Below the pieces are notes generated by a model. The model saw only the letters and a program-made list of their open reading frames with translations. It was not told the DNA's origin and made no database searches. Below, piece by piece: positions 37,393 to 49,474 of a DNA stretch of 64,000 nt. The translations under genes and the position numbers were made by a program. Source of the stretch: Monocercomonoides exilis PA203 (Eukaryota; Protista; Preaxostyla); NCBI GenBank assembly GCA_001643675.2, contig LSRY02000033.1:620001-684000 (forward strand), in the 5' to 3' direction. Within the stretch, counting starts at the first letter, position 1. Every line of letters begins with the position of its first letter.

Positions 37393-38544
37393 TTGGAGTG
37401 CAACAAAATTAGTGCAAAATCGGCTAACAGATTTATAGAGAAATTCAATTTATTGACATTTCTAAAACCAATATATTTTGTTCTTCGTCCACTTCAGTGT
37501 TCAACAACAGAAAATATGAAGAGTTGGTTTTCTTTATTGAAAAAAGTTGCAGACGACTGTCAAATTTCTTCGGACTTTATCATCAATATGGATGAAACCG
37601 GAGAATTGTCGAAACAGTTAGATGAAAAAATAGTCGTTTCAAAAGAAACACAGTGAACTCTTCTTCCTGAATCGCAAAGACGCAAAAAAGCAACATTGTT
37701 TTCCACAATCTTTGCTGACGGTTCATCATTGGATCCAATCATGTTGTGGCCATCACACACGCTTTCCGAGGATCTGAAAGAATTAAAGTTCCACAGAATT
37801 TACTGTTTTGATTATGGAACTGGATGAATGAGAATGAACGATTTTGAAAAGATAATGATAGAAATATTATTGTTCAAAAATAATGAGAAAAGAATCGAGC
37901 TGCATGGAACATCTACTCATGCTTTAATTATTCTCTGTGGCTATTTGTCTCTCCTTTGTTTTCAGGTAATGTCATAGTGCGGAAAACATTTGATTCAAAT
38001 TCCAATTCTTCCTTCACAAACTACGCACCTGATTCAACCTTTGACAAATAAAAAGAAGCCCATTTCAAAAATTGCTTGAAAAGATCATTTCAAGTTCCTT
38101 CAGATTCCTTTGTATCTTCATTCCGAAATGTACGTATTCCAGCTATTTCTGATGAAGTCATTGATTCTCTTTGTTTGGAAAATTGTTTGAAAATCATTTG
38201 CAGAATGTGAAATATATCCATAAGACATTTCTTCAGAAAATCAGTGTCTTCCGCAGAACACTGAAGCCTCTTCGATGGTTGAAAAAGCTTCAAACCATTC
38301 TTTGCTTTCAAACAGCATTTGCATGATATAAAAACGGGAGATGATTTCTTTGAAAACTTCACATTTCAATTAGAAAAAAAGAGGAAAAGTATTACTCGTA
38401 ATTCTTTATTGAAATGCAACATTTCGAAATGTTGTGATAACGAATCATCAAATATAACGGCCAATAGCCCTTCCATTTCTGAAGGCACATAAAGAGTCAA
38501 AACTCAGAAAAATGAAAGGAAAACAATTATGTGAGATGAAGCTA
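37393..38544 (+). pseudogene. pogo/Tc5/Fot1-type (DDE_1) transposase relic
   Basis: SANRFIEKF, FIINMDETG, TLFSTIFADGSSLDPIML, TG*M, ALIILCGYLS and ILPSQTTHLIQPL in order, with stops; matches the DDE_1 consensus (NxDETG, ADG..P, GWM, LLILDGHxSH, LPxHTTHLLQPLD). Confidence 0.85.
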
Positions 38545-38546
38545 TA

Positions 38547-39558
38547 GGCTCAGCTTTTTAATGGGACTTTTTCCTTTATTGGCACTTTTTTTATTTTCGA
38601 CAACAAAAAGCTGAGAAGTGCAAAGTGGCTTTCAGCATTTGGATTACTGATTTTAACAAAGTTGATTCAATTTATTACTGGCTTGTTTTTTAATTTTTGT
38701 TTATTATTTAACGAGATATTTCGTTTTTTTGATAAATTTGAATTGGCTTTTCCCACTCAACCAAGCATTTCCAGAAAATGAAAAATACTGTTTTCAAAAG
38801 CACTAACTTTTATCTATCTGTTTTTTAATTCTTTTTTTTTGACAATCATTTTTTTCGTGTTATTTTTGCATTTCATTTTTTTTAACAACATGCTAACATA
38901 AAACTGATTGTTTCTTTGTAAATATAATGAAACGATAAAAATAAAAATATGATATGAAAAACATATACCCTAATAATGAAATGTTGTAAAAATAAAACAT
39001 TAATTTTTTATAAATGTCAAGAACTTAACAATGTCACCAACGATATTTGATCTTCGATCAAACTTATGTGACATTGTTAAGTTCTTGACATTTATAAAAA
39101 ATTAATGTTTTATTTTTACAACATTTCATTATTAGGGTATATGTTTTTCATATCATATTTTTATTTTTATCGTTTCATTATATTTACAAAGAAACAATCA
39201 GTTTTATGTTAGCATGTTGTTAAAAAAAATGAAATGCAAAAATAACACGAAAAAAATGATTGTCAAAAAAAAAGAATTAAAAAACAGATAGATAAAAGTT
39301 AGTGCTTTTGAAAACAGTATTTTTCATTTTCTGGAAATGCTTGGTTGAGTGGGAAAAGCCAATTCAAATTTATCAAAAAAACGAAATATCTCGTTAAATA
39401 ATAAACAAAAATTAAAAAACAAGCCAGTAATAAATTGAATCAACTTTGTTAAAATCAGTAATCCAAATGCTGAAAGCCACTTTGCACTTCTCAGCTTTTT
39501 GTTGTCGAAAATAAAAAAAGTGCCAATAAAGGAAAAAGTCCCATTAAAAAGCTGAGCC
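38547..39558. mobile_element. 1012-bp foldback element (491-bp arms, 30-bp loop) flanked by TA
   Basis: TA|GGCTCAGCTTTTTAATGGG...CCCATTAAAAAGCTGAGCC|TA. Arms 38547-39037 and 39068-39558 match at every point I compared. Confidence 0.85.
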
Positions 39559-39770
39559 TAAACGGGAAAATTCGGGTTTTCTAGCATTTTTTGCACAAAG
39601 CACAAAAAATTGCTTCACTCATATCATAATTTCACTTTCTCAGATGTAAAAATTAATTTTATTATGTATTCGAAAACAGGCATCATTGAAATCAAAACAT
39701 AAAGTTCTCCAACATTTCACAAATGTCAAAAAAATGGACCCATTTTTCTTGTGTTTATTGATATTAAAAA

Positions 39771-40161
39771 GTCAATCAAAAGTGCATATTTTTTCTATGA
39801 AAAAGCATGAAGTGCAATATTATGTCCCATATGTTTTTGGAATAACTTCAAAGCATGCAAGGGAATTTGATATTTGCATAAATAAATATAATAGTGATGT
39901 GAATTTTCTCCAAAGTTATTATTCAAAATGATTCAGTAAAAATTCCAAAAAATTAATATTATTCGAATTCAAATGAAAAGCAAAAAATAAAAATTATCAA
40001 TCATGAAAACAAATTTGATTGATGAAATGTTTTCTGATTCATTTTCAACGATATCAATATGGTGATTTCATTTTATTATTATATTAATAAATGCAAAAGT
40101 CAAATTCCCTTGGATTCTTATGAGTTTTTCCAAAAAATGTTTGCACTTTTCTCCAATTGAC
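39771..40161. repeat. Degenerate inverted repeat (old foldback/MITE)
   Basis: caagggaatttga (39858-39870) pairs with tcaaattcccttg (40100-40112); imperfect pairing extends both ways (aaaagtgca/tgcactttt; aaaatgattcag/ctgattcatttt). Confidence 0.55.
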
Positions 40162-40713
40162 AATGATTTTTCAAATATGATAGCTTTCCATTCAGTCCAA
40201 ACGAGCAAATAGCAGAAAATAAAAAACAACCAGAATCGTTTATTGCATAGAAAAAATAAGTTGTGGGCTTTTAAAATGAATTACATCGTTTTATTAAAAT
40301 ATCAAAATTCATTAAGAGTCGGACTTCCATATTAATAATTTTTTTTAACAAAAAAAAAAAAAAAAAAAAAAAATACAATACAATTATTAAAAAATTGGAA
40401 ATGGTTAAATGCGTTATACACTAATGCATAACAGTGTGAATTATTATAATTCTGTTATAGAATATCCTCGAGAAATATAAATTTATAAAAAAGTCCGGCT
40501 ATTTTAAACATCTTATTTCTCAGCATTTTAATTTCTTTGTGTTTTAGACTTCATCATTTGCATTTTTTCGATAACATTTATAATAAATATAAATACAAAA
40601 CTTTCTGTTTGATAATTTATTCAACGAATTCAAAGATGTCAAAACATATTTTTTAAAATGGGGTCAATAAATAACAGTATGCATAGGATCAATGTATTTT
40701 ACAAAAAATTTCA

Positions 40714-42714
40714 ATGAGTAAAATTATTTCATTGAATGAACACGAATTTTCCTCATACATATGCTGTTCTTCTCCTGGAAAGATAATTTTATTCGGTGAA
40801 CATGCTGTTGTTTATGGAACAACAGCTGTTCTTGGTTCAATTAGTCGTAGAACTCGAGTTTATTTGGGACCACCTGTAAACGCAACGTCATCTGAGAATA
40901 AACAACTTATTATACGTTTTGGGATGAAAAATGAATCGATTAGCATTGAATATTCAACATTGAAACAAATTTATTTTTCTTTTTCTTCTTTACTAAGAAG
41001 TTTGGAATTTACTGGAAATCTTCCTTTTAGCGAAAAGCAATTTAATGTGATTGATGAGGCAATATCAAAATTTGCAGTTGACACGCTATCATCAACTTCT
41101 ATCGAAATTCTTCCAAGTTTTTCTTATCCATCGTTAAAATGCCTTTTTATGAACTTTTTGTGCATGCATTTTATTGCTAATGAATTTGATTCATCATGCG
41201 CTCTGAAGGAAGTTCCTTCTTTTGTTGAATTAAGTACTGATCTTCCGTATGGTTGTGGACTAGGATCTTCTGCTTCATATTCTTCTGCTTTGGCTGCATC
41301 ATTTTTGCTTTTTTATAAAATACATTCGAAAGATACGCCTTCATGCAATTGTCATCATTTCAAAAACGATTACCCTCTGTGTAATTCTCAAAAAGTATTA
41401 ATTAATCAATGGGCATTTGAAGGTGAAAGAATGATTCATGGATCACCTTCGGGGGCAGATAACTATGCGTCTGTCTTTGGAGGAATTTTTTCATTTAAGA
41501 GAAAAACAGATAATGATGAAAAATGTTGTACGAAAAACAATTTACCGTATTTTGTCACACCTCTTGCATCTGCTTTGCATAATGCACATTTCAGCCAAAT
41601 GGTTGATTCCTCAAGAAGCAACACAAGCTCTTCTTTTATAATCCCCAGACCGGTATTACAATCAAATATCCATTCTCTTTCTCGCACAGTTTCTCCTACA
41701 CCTTCTTCAAGATCGGTTTCTCTGTCTCCTTCAGTTAGTCCTTCACCTTCTCCTACACCATTTTTTCGTTCTGTTTTTTCTCCTCCTCTGTATTTTATTG
41801 TTGTCAACAGCCAAGAGCCCAGAATCACATCAGCAGAAGTCAAAAAAGTGAAGGAGCTGCGCGAAAGAGAGCGGGAAGCCACTGATGAATTGTTTGAGTC
41901 TATCGAAGCGATCTCTCAAAGAGGATTCACCATTATGGGAGAGTGCCTGCTCCCATCTGTCAGGGGAGTGGATAGAACAACCGAAGCAAGCAGAAGTGGA
42001 TGCGAACAAAAGAGTTTTGAAGGAGATGAAGATCTGTCTGTTTCCCCAGCTATGTGGAAGGAACTTGGTCAATTGATGGAAGAGAATCATAAACTCCTCC
42101 AGTCTTTGGATGTCAGCCATCCAACACTCGAAAAAATAAGGAGCATTCTATCGTCATTTGGCATCCCTTCCAAACTAACAGGTGCAGGAGGAGGTGGATG
42201 CGTGGTGGGGCTGCTGCCTGTTCAGCTTAATGCAGAAGTCCTCTCAACATTCTCTTCACAATCATCATCTCTCTCTTTTGGATCATTTTCACAGCTTTCT
42301 ACTGAAGATTCTGAGGAATCAGCGTCACAAACTACCTCATCAGAAAAGCCTTCAATAGCCACAAATTCCACATCTTCACATGATAGCGCAACTTTAGAAA
42401 ACGTCTCAGCTCCTAACCCACTTCATCACAAAGAGGCCAATTCATTATCTCCTCCTCCTCGAACACAACATATCACGCAATCAACTGAATTTTCTTTACT
42501 CCAAACTTCCTCTTCTTCTACGAGCGTTAATACTTCGTCTTCGTCGTCTTCGTCGTCTACTGCTGATTTGCTTCCTCCGACTGCTAAAAGCCTTTGCCAT
42601 CAGTCACTTTCTTCATTGTTTGATGCGTTGACAAGAGCTGGATTTTCAGATTATTTTATTACCACTCTCGGTTCAAGTGGAGTTAGAAAGGAATCTTGCA
42701 GCAGGCAAGACTGA
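40714..42714 (+). CDS. MVK: Mevalonate kinase (GHMP family) with Ser-rich insertions
   Basis: SPGKIILFGEHAVVYG, LPYGCGLGSSAS, ERMIHGSPSGADN, VSHPTLE, SKLTGAGGGGC. Confidence 0.92.
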   Translation: MSKIISLNEHEFSSYICCSSPGKIILFGEHAVVYGTTAVLGSISRRTRVYLGPPVNATSSENKQLIIRFGMKNESISIEYSTLKQIYFSFSSLLRSLEFTGNLPFSEKQFNVIDEAISKFAVDTLSSTSIEILPSFSYPSLKCLFMNFLCMHFIANEFDSSCALKEVPSFVELSTDLPYGCGLGSSASYSSALAASFLLFYKIHSKDTPSCNCHHFKNDYPLCNSQKVLINQWAFEGERMIHGSPSGADNYASVFGGIFSFKRKTDNDEKCCTKNNLPYFVTPLASALHNAHFSQMVDSSRSNTSSSFIIPRPVLQSNIHSLSRTVSPTPSSRSVSLSPSVSPSPSPTPFFRSVFSPPLYFIVVNSQEPRITSAEVKKVKELREREREATDELFESIEAISQRGFTIMGECLLPSVRGVDRTTEASRSGCEQKSFEGDEDLSVSPAMWKELGQLMEENHKLLQSLDVSHPTLEKIRSILSSFGIPSKLTGAGGGGCVVGLLPVQLNAEVLSTFSSQSSSLSFGSFSQLSTEDSEESASQTTSSEKPSIATNSTSSHDSATLENVSAPNPLHHKEANSLSPPPRTQHITQSTEFSLLQTSSSSTSVNTSSSSSSSSTADLLPPTAKSLCHQSLSSLFDALTRAGFSDYFITTLGSSGVRKESCSRQD

Positions 42715-43008
42715 ATCCGGAAGCATTGTTTTATTTATTTCCATATGTCAGTTATCATTTTATTGACTTCTTCTTTTTTGAAGGATATTCACTTTTTATT
42801 ACAAGAATTCAGATGATTTCAAGTATTTTTAGTTTGTGTATTATTATTGTGTTTTTTTCTGAAAAAAGAAAGAAAGAGAAATATAAACAAAGTTCTTTTC
42901 CTTTTTATTCGCAATGAATAAAGTTTTTAGGCAAATATATAAGTACATAAATAACGAAAATAATAATAATAATAACGAAAAGAAGCATAAGCATGCAATA
43001 ACCATAAC

Positions 43009-43800
43009 CTATTCCGAAATTGGGATTCTACTCTTCTTCTTTCCTTTTTTCTTTTTTCTGAGCCTTTTTCCAGTTTGAGAGTGTGAGCTTTCTTCTCTTA
43101 AAGACTCTAATATTTTCTTGCAAATTTCATTCATTTTACTCCTCATTTCGCAGATATCCGAAGAAATATGAGCTGCAACAGCGGAAATGTCTTCAGCAGC
43201 TTCGTGAATAATCGAATAAAGCATTTTTGTATTTCTCTGTTTAATTTCCAATTCTCTTAAGTTCTCTTCTTCCATTAAAGCTAACTGTTTAAGTGTTGAT
43301 GAAAGTATCTGTGAATGCTGATCAACTTCTGCTTCAACACGTTGTCTACGCGAATTCAATTGGCTGTCAAGCAAAACCATCCTTTTCATTGCAGTTTGAA
43401 GCGTCTGGAGTTGTTCGCTTTTTTCAATTCGCTCTTTTTCCAATTTCTTTGCCATTTCTTCTGCTTGCTGCAACTCTTCCACTCGTTTCTCTCCTCTTTT
43501 CTGTTGATATTCAAGTCTATTTGTTGCGTCTTGGTCTTGCTCTTCCTTTTGGCTCTTCGCTTTCATCAGAGCTTCGCTGAATCTTTTTATCGCTTCTTTT
43601 ATGGAAGCATTCTCCTTCAAAAGCAAAACCACTTTAGGTGACTGAGATGGAGACGGAGAAGTTAAAGAAGGTGATTGAGAGCCTAATTGAAGTGACGCAG
43701 ATTCGCGCGAAGAAGAATTTGAGGATTTTGTACTTGAAAAAGTTGAATTGAATAAGGTTTCGGATGAAATGAAAGAAACAGAACTGTCTGAATTTTGAGG

Positions 43801-43850
<50 letters not shown>

Positions 43851-45660
43851 GTTGTGGTTGATGTGATGATGCAGATGGAGATGAAGATGGAGATAAAGAG
43901 GCATAAAGAAGTTCAACAGGACTCATCTGCTTTTGACTTAAAAGCATTTCGTGTTTTTTAGTCAAATTATCTTCTTCGCTTTGTAGCATAATGCATTTCT
44001 GGTCCAATTCATTCATTTTTGTGCTTGCCAATTCATTAAGTGCTCCTTTCCTTTCCTAAAAAATAAAATAAAATAAAATAAAATTAAAAAAAAATATATA
44101 TATAAATAAAAAATAAAAAATCAAATTAAATATCAAAAAAGAAAAATTAAACAACAGAAAAAAAGGCATATAAGCCAAATAACATTGTATAAATAAATTG
44201 AAGCACACTTCTAAAGAATTAATATCTGATCTTGCTTGCTCTAATTCTTTCTGATAAGATTCTTCTTCTTTTTTAACCTGAAGTTCAACCTGAGAAAATT
44301 TTGATTTTTTATCCATTAACTTCTTCTTCATTTCTTTGATCCTTTCGTGCAATTCTGCATTTTCTTGTGTCTCTTTCAAAAATGACATTGCAGATGATGG
44401 AATAGCATCTTCTAGGCTGTTATCTGTTGATTCACTTAAAACTTCATTTTTGACATCATCCTTATGTTCAATTTCTCTTTCTTTGATTTCCTCATTCGAG
44501 ATCATTCTTGGTATTTCTTTCTCTTCTTGCTGAGGTATGGCTAATGAATCGTTGATCTTCGCTGAGTGGCGCGAGCTGTGATGATGCCTATGCTGCCTAT
44601 GAACAGATGCCTGATTCATTAAAAAAGTTTCCTTTTCTCGTTGGATGTGAAAGCCTGAAGAATACTCTGTAGGGCTAGTTTTGCTAAATGACAAAGGAGA
44701 TGAAGTTACAGATCGATGAGATGGAAGAGACGATGACAATGATAAGGCTGAGGGTTTATATGAATCAATTCCTGAACTTACGGAATTGACAGATGAAATT
44801 GAATCATTCATTGGTGATTCAAGAGTTGTTTTATGATCAGCAATTCGAGATGTTAATGTGTATGGCATTAAATTAGAGGTAGAAGAAGTTGATATTCCAC
44901 ATGAAAAGCTTGATTGCGATCTGCAATTCAGATGGTGTTTGCACATTTGTTGGTTAAGAACAGGTAGAAGAGATACATGAGACCTAGGTGAAATGGGCTG
45001 TCGAAAATTATCCTCTTCATCTTTTTCTGCAAAAGATTGCTTCCCAAAATTGTTTGATTCTGATTTATCTTCACAGTAGCAATCATTTTCATGAGAAGTT
45101 TTCTCGTCTGTAGCTTTTTGTTCAATTAGAATATTAACTTTATCTTTCTTGTAACTATCAAATTCGCTTTTTCCACATTCTGCAGAATCAAGATTTGTCG
45201 AACTTGAAGCTTTCGCACATGTGTGATCTTCATTTTTATCAAGATCCAATCTTATTTTAACGTCCAATTTCTTTGAATCTTTTGATAAATCATTTATCAA
45301 TTTTTTTTCTTCAATTTTTTCAACTCTATCTTTTTCGGGAGAAAAATGTCCTGTTTCATAACGATTGCTTAATTTAGTAACTTCTTCTTTATTTTCTCTC
45401 AAAATCATTTGCGACTGGTTCGTTGTTGAATTAATTGAAAAATCTGAAAGATTCAAAGCTTTCTTTTGATTTATCCTATTATCTGTACTTTCATTGCTTT
45501 CCTTCTGAGATTTTTTTACTTTAGCAATCTGTTTTCTTTCACTGGATCTTAAAATCCCATTTGAAGAAGGAGATTTTTGATTAAGACGCTTTTTCAAAAA
45601 TGACTGTGAGTTGAAGAAATTTGATTGATATGGCACAAATGGCACTAACTTTGGAGGCAT
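43009..45660 (-). CDS. Coiled-coil, low-complexity hypothetical protein (~832 aa; intron 44208-44056)
   Basis: A GTGTGC...TTTTAG intron joins ORF 44056-45660 to ORF 43009-44031 in frame; E/K/Q heptad-rich; basic C-terminus (KRLRKKKKGKKKSR). Confidence 0.75.
43801..43849. repeat. (GAT)n microsatellite encoding poly-Ser on the minus strand
   Basis: About 16 perfect TGA/GAT units. Confidence 0.9.
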
Positions 45661-45851
45661 TTATTGAAAAAACTTTAGACCTTGAAAACTTCAGTCGTAA
45701 AATATTCAACGATTACTATTCTGTATAAATATATAATGGTGAACTTTTAAAAATTCGAAAAACACTGAATTCTATGATATACAGTAATGATGAATACATA
45801 GCATTAAATTTGCTTTTTCAAAATTTAAATGTTGGTTCCAATTGAAACTGA

Positions 45852-48800
45852 ATGGAATCAGAATTAGAACCCCCGAAATTAATCGGATCTTTTGCGGATG
45901 ATATTTATACAGCTTGCGAATATTTGAATATAGATGTACCCCAGTGCATAAAGACTTCCATTTACAATTTTTCAATGAGCGAACAACGTATTTTCATTTT
46001 CTTTTTGTATTTTTTTTGTCATTTAGGAATTTTGCATCTTCGTTATGGAACAATAGAATATAGCGAATTGTTGCAAGCTGAAGCAGCAGCACAGCTTGCG
46101 ATTGAAGCTCAAACAAAAAAGAGTTCAAAACAATCAAAACAAGCTTCAAAGTCATCACAACCAGAACCAGAAATCGTGAAAAAATCTCCTCCCGTTACGT
46201 TATTATACTTTGGGGTTTATTACTTGAATTTGTTAATTAGTTTTTGTTTATTGTTCCATTTGAAATAGTATAAATCACATATTTCAGAAAACTTATCTAT
46301 TGCGTTAAAATGGTGCCTTCCGGTTGCAACCCATTTGGATGCGCTCATGTATTGATTGCTTTATTTTTTTTCATATATGATAAATGATTCTATGAATTTA
46401 CACACCATTTTTTGATATTTTTAATAATTTCATAATTGTGATTGCTTTGCTGTTACATATGACATAGATTTAATCTTGTGGAAATGAGCGACATTTCGTG
46501 GGATAACATTTTGCAAGCTCTTCGAGAAGCAAAAATTAAAACATTATCTTTTACAGGAATGGGATGGCTTTCTCCACAACATTTAAGACCATTTTTTCAA
46601 ACAATTTCAGAAGTTTGTGATTATATTTCTTTTAAATGTTTTGTTTGAGATTGCTTGTTTTATCATTTAGTCTCCGATGAATCTTCGTCATCTCTCTTTG
46701 CGCACATCTCAGATTGGAACAAAAGTTACACAAGCTGTTCCAGCGTGTTGTCCGACAAGTGATTCTTCACCTACCGAAGATGAACAAGAAATTTCACTAC
46801 CTCCCGTTGACCCGTTCGGCATTCCACCTCCTCCGTTCCATTCTCCCTTTTTGTTAATTGAATTTTTACAGTCTCTCATTCAGGATTCTTCTTCTGCTTC
46901 AACATCTACATCTCCATCTCCATCATCATCCAATGTGCCATCATCTCTTCAACAACCTCTTAGTACTCCAATATCACTTCCACTTGCGAGTACGCTTACA
47001 ACTCTCAATTTAACCTCAAATCTTTTAAATACACCTATCACAATGCTTGCTGGAGACTATGTTCCTGATCCAACTTCTCAAGGATTTATATTTACTCCAT
47101 CGGAATCCTCAATTCCTGATCCTAAGGTTCCACTTTCGTATTTGATGCCTTTAACTCCATCAAATCACTACACAGAAGGACAAGGATTTGTACCCTCTCG
47201 CTACGAAACAGCATTTACATGGCTGATGTATCTTCTGCCTTCTTTACCATTTCTTCAGCATTTGTCTCTTTCAGCTAATGGACTTGGAGATAAGGATATT
47301 TATGTGTTGAGTTCAGCTGTTTCATACACGTTGTTACCGATGGAAGAAACGATGAGACTTAAAAAGAAGGAAGAAGAGGAAGAAGCAGAGAGAAAGAGAA
47401 AAGAAGAAGAAGAGAAACAGCTGCTTCAAGAAAAGGGTGGAAAGAAAGCTGCTGCTTCAATGAAGGAAAAGGCTGGAGGTGCTGGAAGAAAAGGAGCAGG
47501 AAAGGCAGCAGCTCAACAGCCTCAAACTCCGTCTGCGACTCTTCCAGAATCTTATCGAGAGCAAATGGAGCCATCCGCAGCAGAAGAAGGATCTGAAAGA
47601 GATAGATATGCACAGATCCGTGCCAAATACGAGGCAGTTGAGATGAGAGGGAAAAGGATGGTAATCAAAAACATTCCTTTGGATGATTTGATAGCATTTT
47701 TACCAAACGCTGTTGTGGAAGAAAGAAGACAACAAATAGAATTTGAATGTAAATTGGAAAAAGCACGCCTGAAGAAAAAGAAAGAACAAGAAAAGAAAGA
47801 GAAAGAAGAAAGAGAGAAAGAAGAGCTTCGCAATTTAAGAGCGAATCTACAATCGTCGTTAAAGACTTCAACATCTACTGCTCCTTCACCTTCATTGCAG
47901 CAAGCAAGTTCTTCATCCAGTAATCAGAAATTAGCTCAAACACCGTCTAACAGCCAGCAAAATGCTAAAGCAAACACCAAAGGAATGATCGGAACATCCT
48001 CAACTGGGACTAAAAGTGGCTCGACATCGACAACAAGCTCCGCTTCAAATCTTCCACCTGTTGAAGGAACCGAAAGCGGGGCAAACGTTGAGGCCCCCGC
48101 TGCGTTTGTTCCTCCTTCGTCATACTGCTGGATTGTTGTTGGAAATCGCACGTTGCAATCTGTTTCATTGAAGGCTAATCCCTTTGGATTATTTGGGGCG
48201 CAATGTCTTGCAAAGGCTGTGGAAGTTAACAATCATTTTCAGGTTGTTGAAGTTGATAACAACGGTGAAGTTATTGAAAGAAATGACATGCGAACTGATA
48301 ATGAAAGCTGTGAAAGCTCTCAGAAGCAGGATGAAAGCCAGATTCCACAGCCATTGGACAGAGAAAGACAAAACATGCAGATTTTTTCTCAAATGAATAA
48401 TTACGATAGCACTGGTTCATCTTATGTTGAAGGTAATTCGTCATACGAAACAACTGGCGATTGCCATTTTAAAGAATCACTTCTTAACGAAAGACCAGCC
48501 AATGAACAAGGCAGGTTAGAAGATGCTGAAAATCAAAGAAAGCAAGAAAGGAAGCTTGCCATCGAACCAATTTCACTTCGTGATTGGCTTCCGGAAATGA
48601 TGATAAAAAGAAAAGCTGGAGAAGATATGTATGATGATGATATAGAAACTGAAAAATCAAAAGAGATGCTCACATTAAGCTCGGGATCTGTCTCAGATGA
48701 TATTTTGACTTCTTTAGCAGATACAACATATCCTCCCGAATCACCTATCTTCCATCCATATATTCCAACTCTTCGTTCTCTTCCATCAGAGACCGAAATA

Positions 48801-49007
48801 GCTACTTTAAGTTTACGGAATGAACTGAAGGAAATATATCCAGCTATTTATGATCCTGTTGCAAAAAAAAGATTGAAAGATGAAAAAGAGGCTGCTGAAC
48901 AGCAAAGAAAGAAAGAAGAAGAAGAACTAGCTGCAGCAATGATGAATAATGAGAAAAAAGAAGTAGAAAAGAAATCTTCAAAACGACCTCAATCAAAGGG
49001 GAAATAA
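45852..49007 (+). CDS. Leucine-rich-repeat protein, LRRC71-like; about 4 introns in the 5' part
   Basis: LRHLSLRTSQIG, LTTLNLTSNLL, LQHLSLSANGLGD, a K/G-rich linker (KGGKKAAAS..GRKGAGK), and VVGNRTLQSVSLKANPFG. Upstream exons are joined by GT-AG introns ending near 46026, 46287, 46468 and 46670. Confidence 0.65.
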
Positions 49008-49290
49008 AATTTTAAATAATATCGTATTTATTTTTTCTTTTCATTCATTCTTTTTTTATTGTTGTTGTTTAAGATTGATGTTTTCTCCAAATAAATGATA
49101 TATTTTTCATCAATTTTTTAACTTTATATGTTTCGAAAGTGGATATTTTGTATTTGTAAGTTAGCAATCTTAAGAATAAAGAATCTTTTAAATGTTAAAA
49201 AAATCAGAAAATGTTATGATGTGTTATGAGTCAATAGATATTTTGAAACTTCTTTGAAGCAAAATGACTTAATTTGTGAATGTTTTTTCA

Positions 49291-49436
49291 TTCTTCTTCT
49301 TCTTCTTCTTCTTCTTCTTCTTCTTCTCCTCCTCCTCCTCCTCCTCCTCCTCCTCCTCCTCCTCCTCCTTTTCCTCCTTTTCCTCCTCCTCCTCCTTTTC
49401 CTCCTCCTCCTCCTCCTCCTCTCTCTCTCTCTCTCT

Positions 49437-49470
<34 letters not shown>
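49291..49470. repeat. Compound polypyrimidine microsatellite (CTT)n(CCT)n(CT)n(T)30
   Basis: About 180 bp of pure pyrimidine on the + strand. Confidence 0.92.
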
Positions 49471-49474
<4 letters not shown>

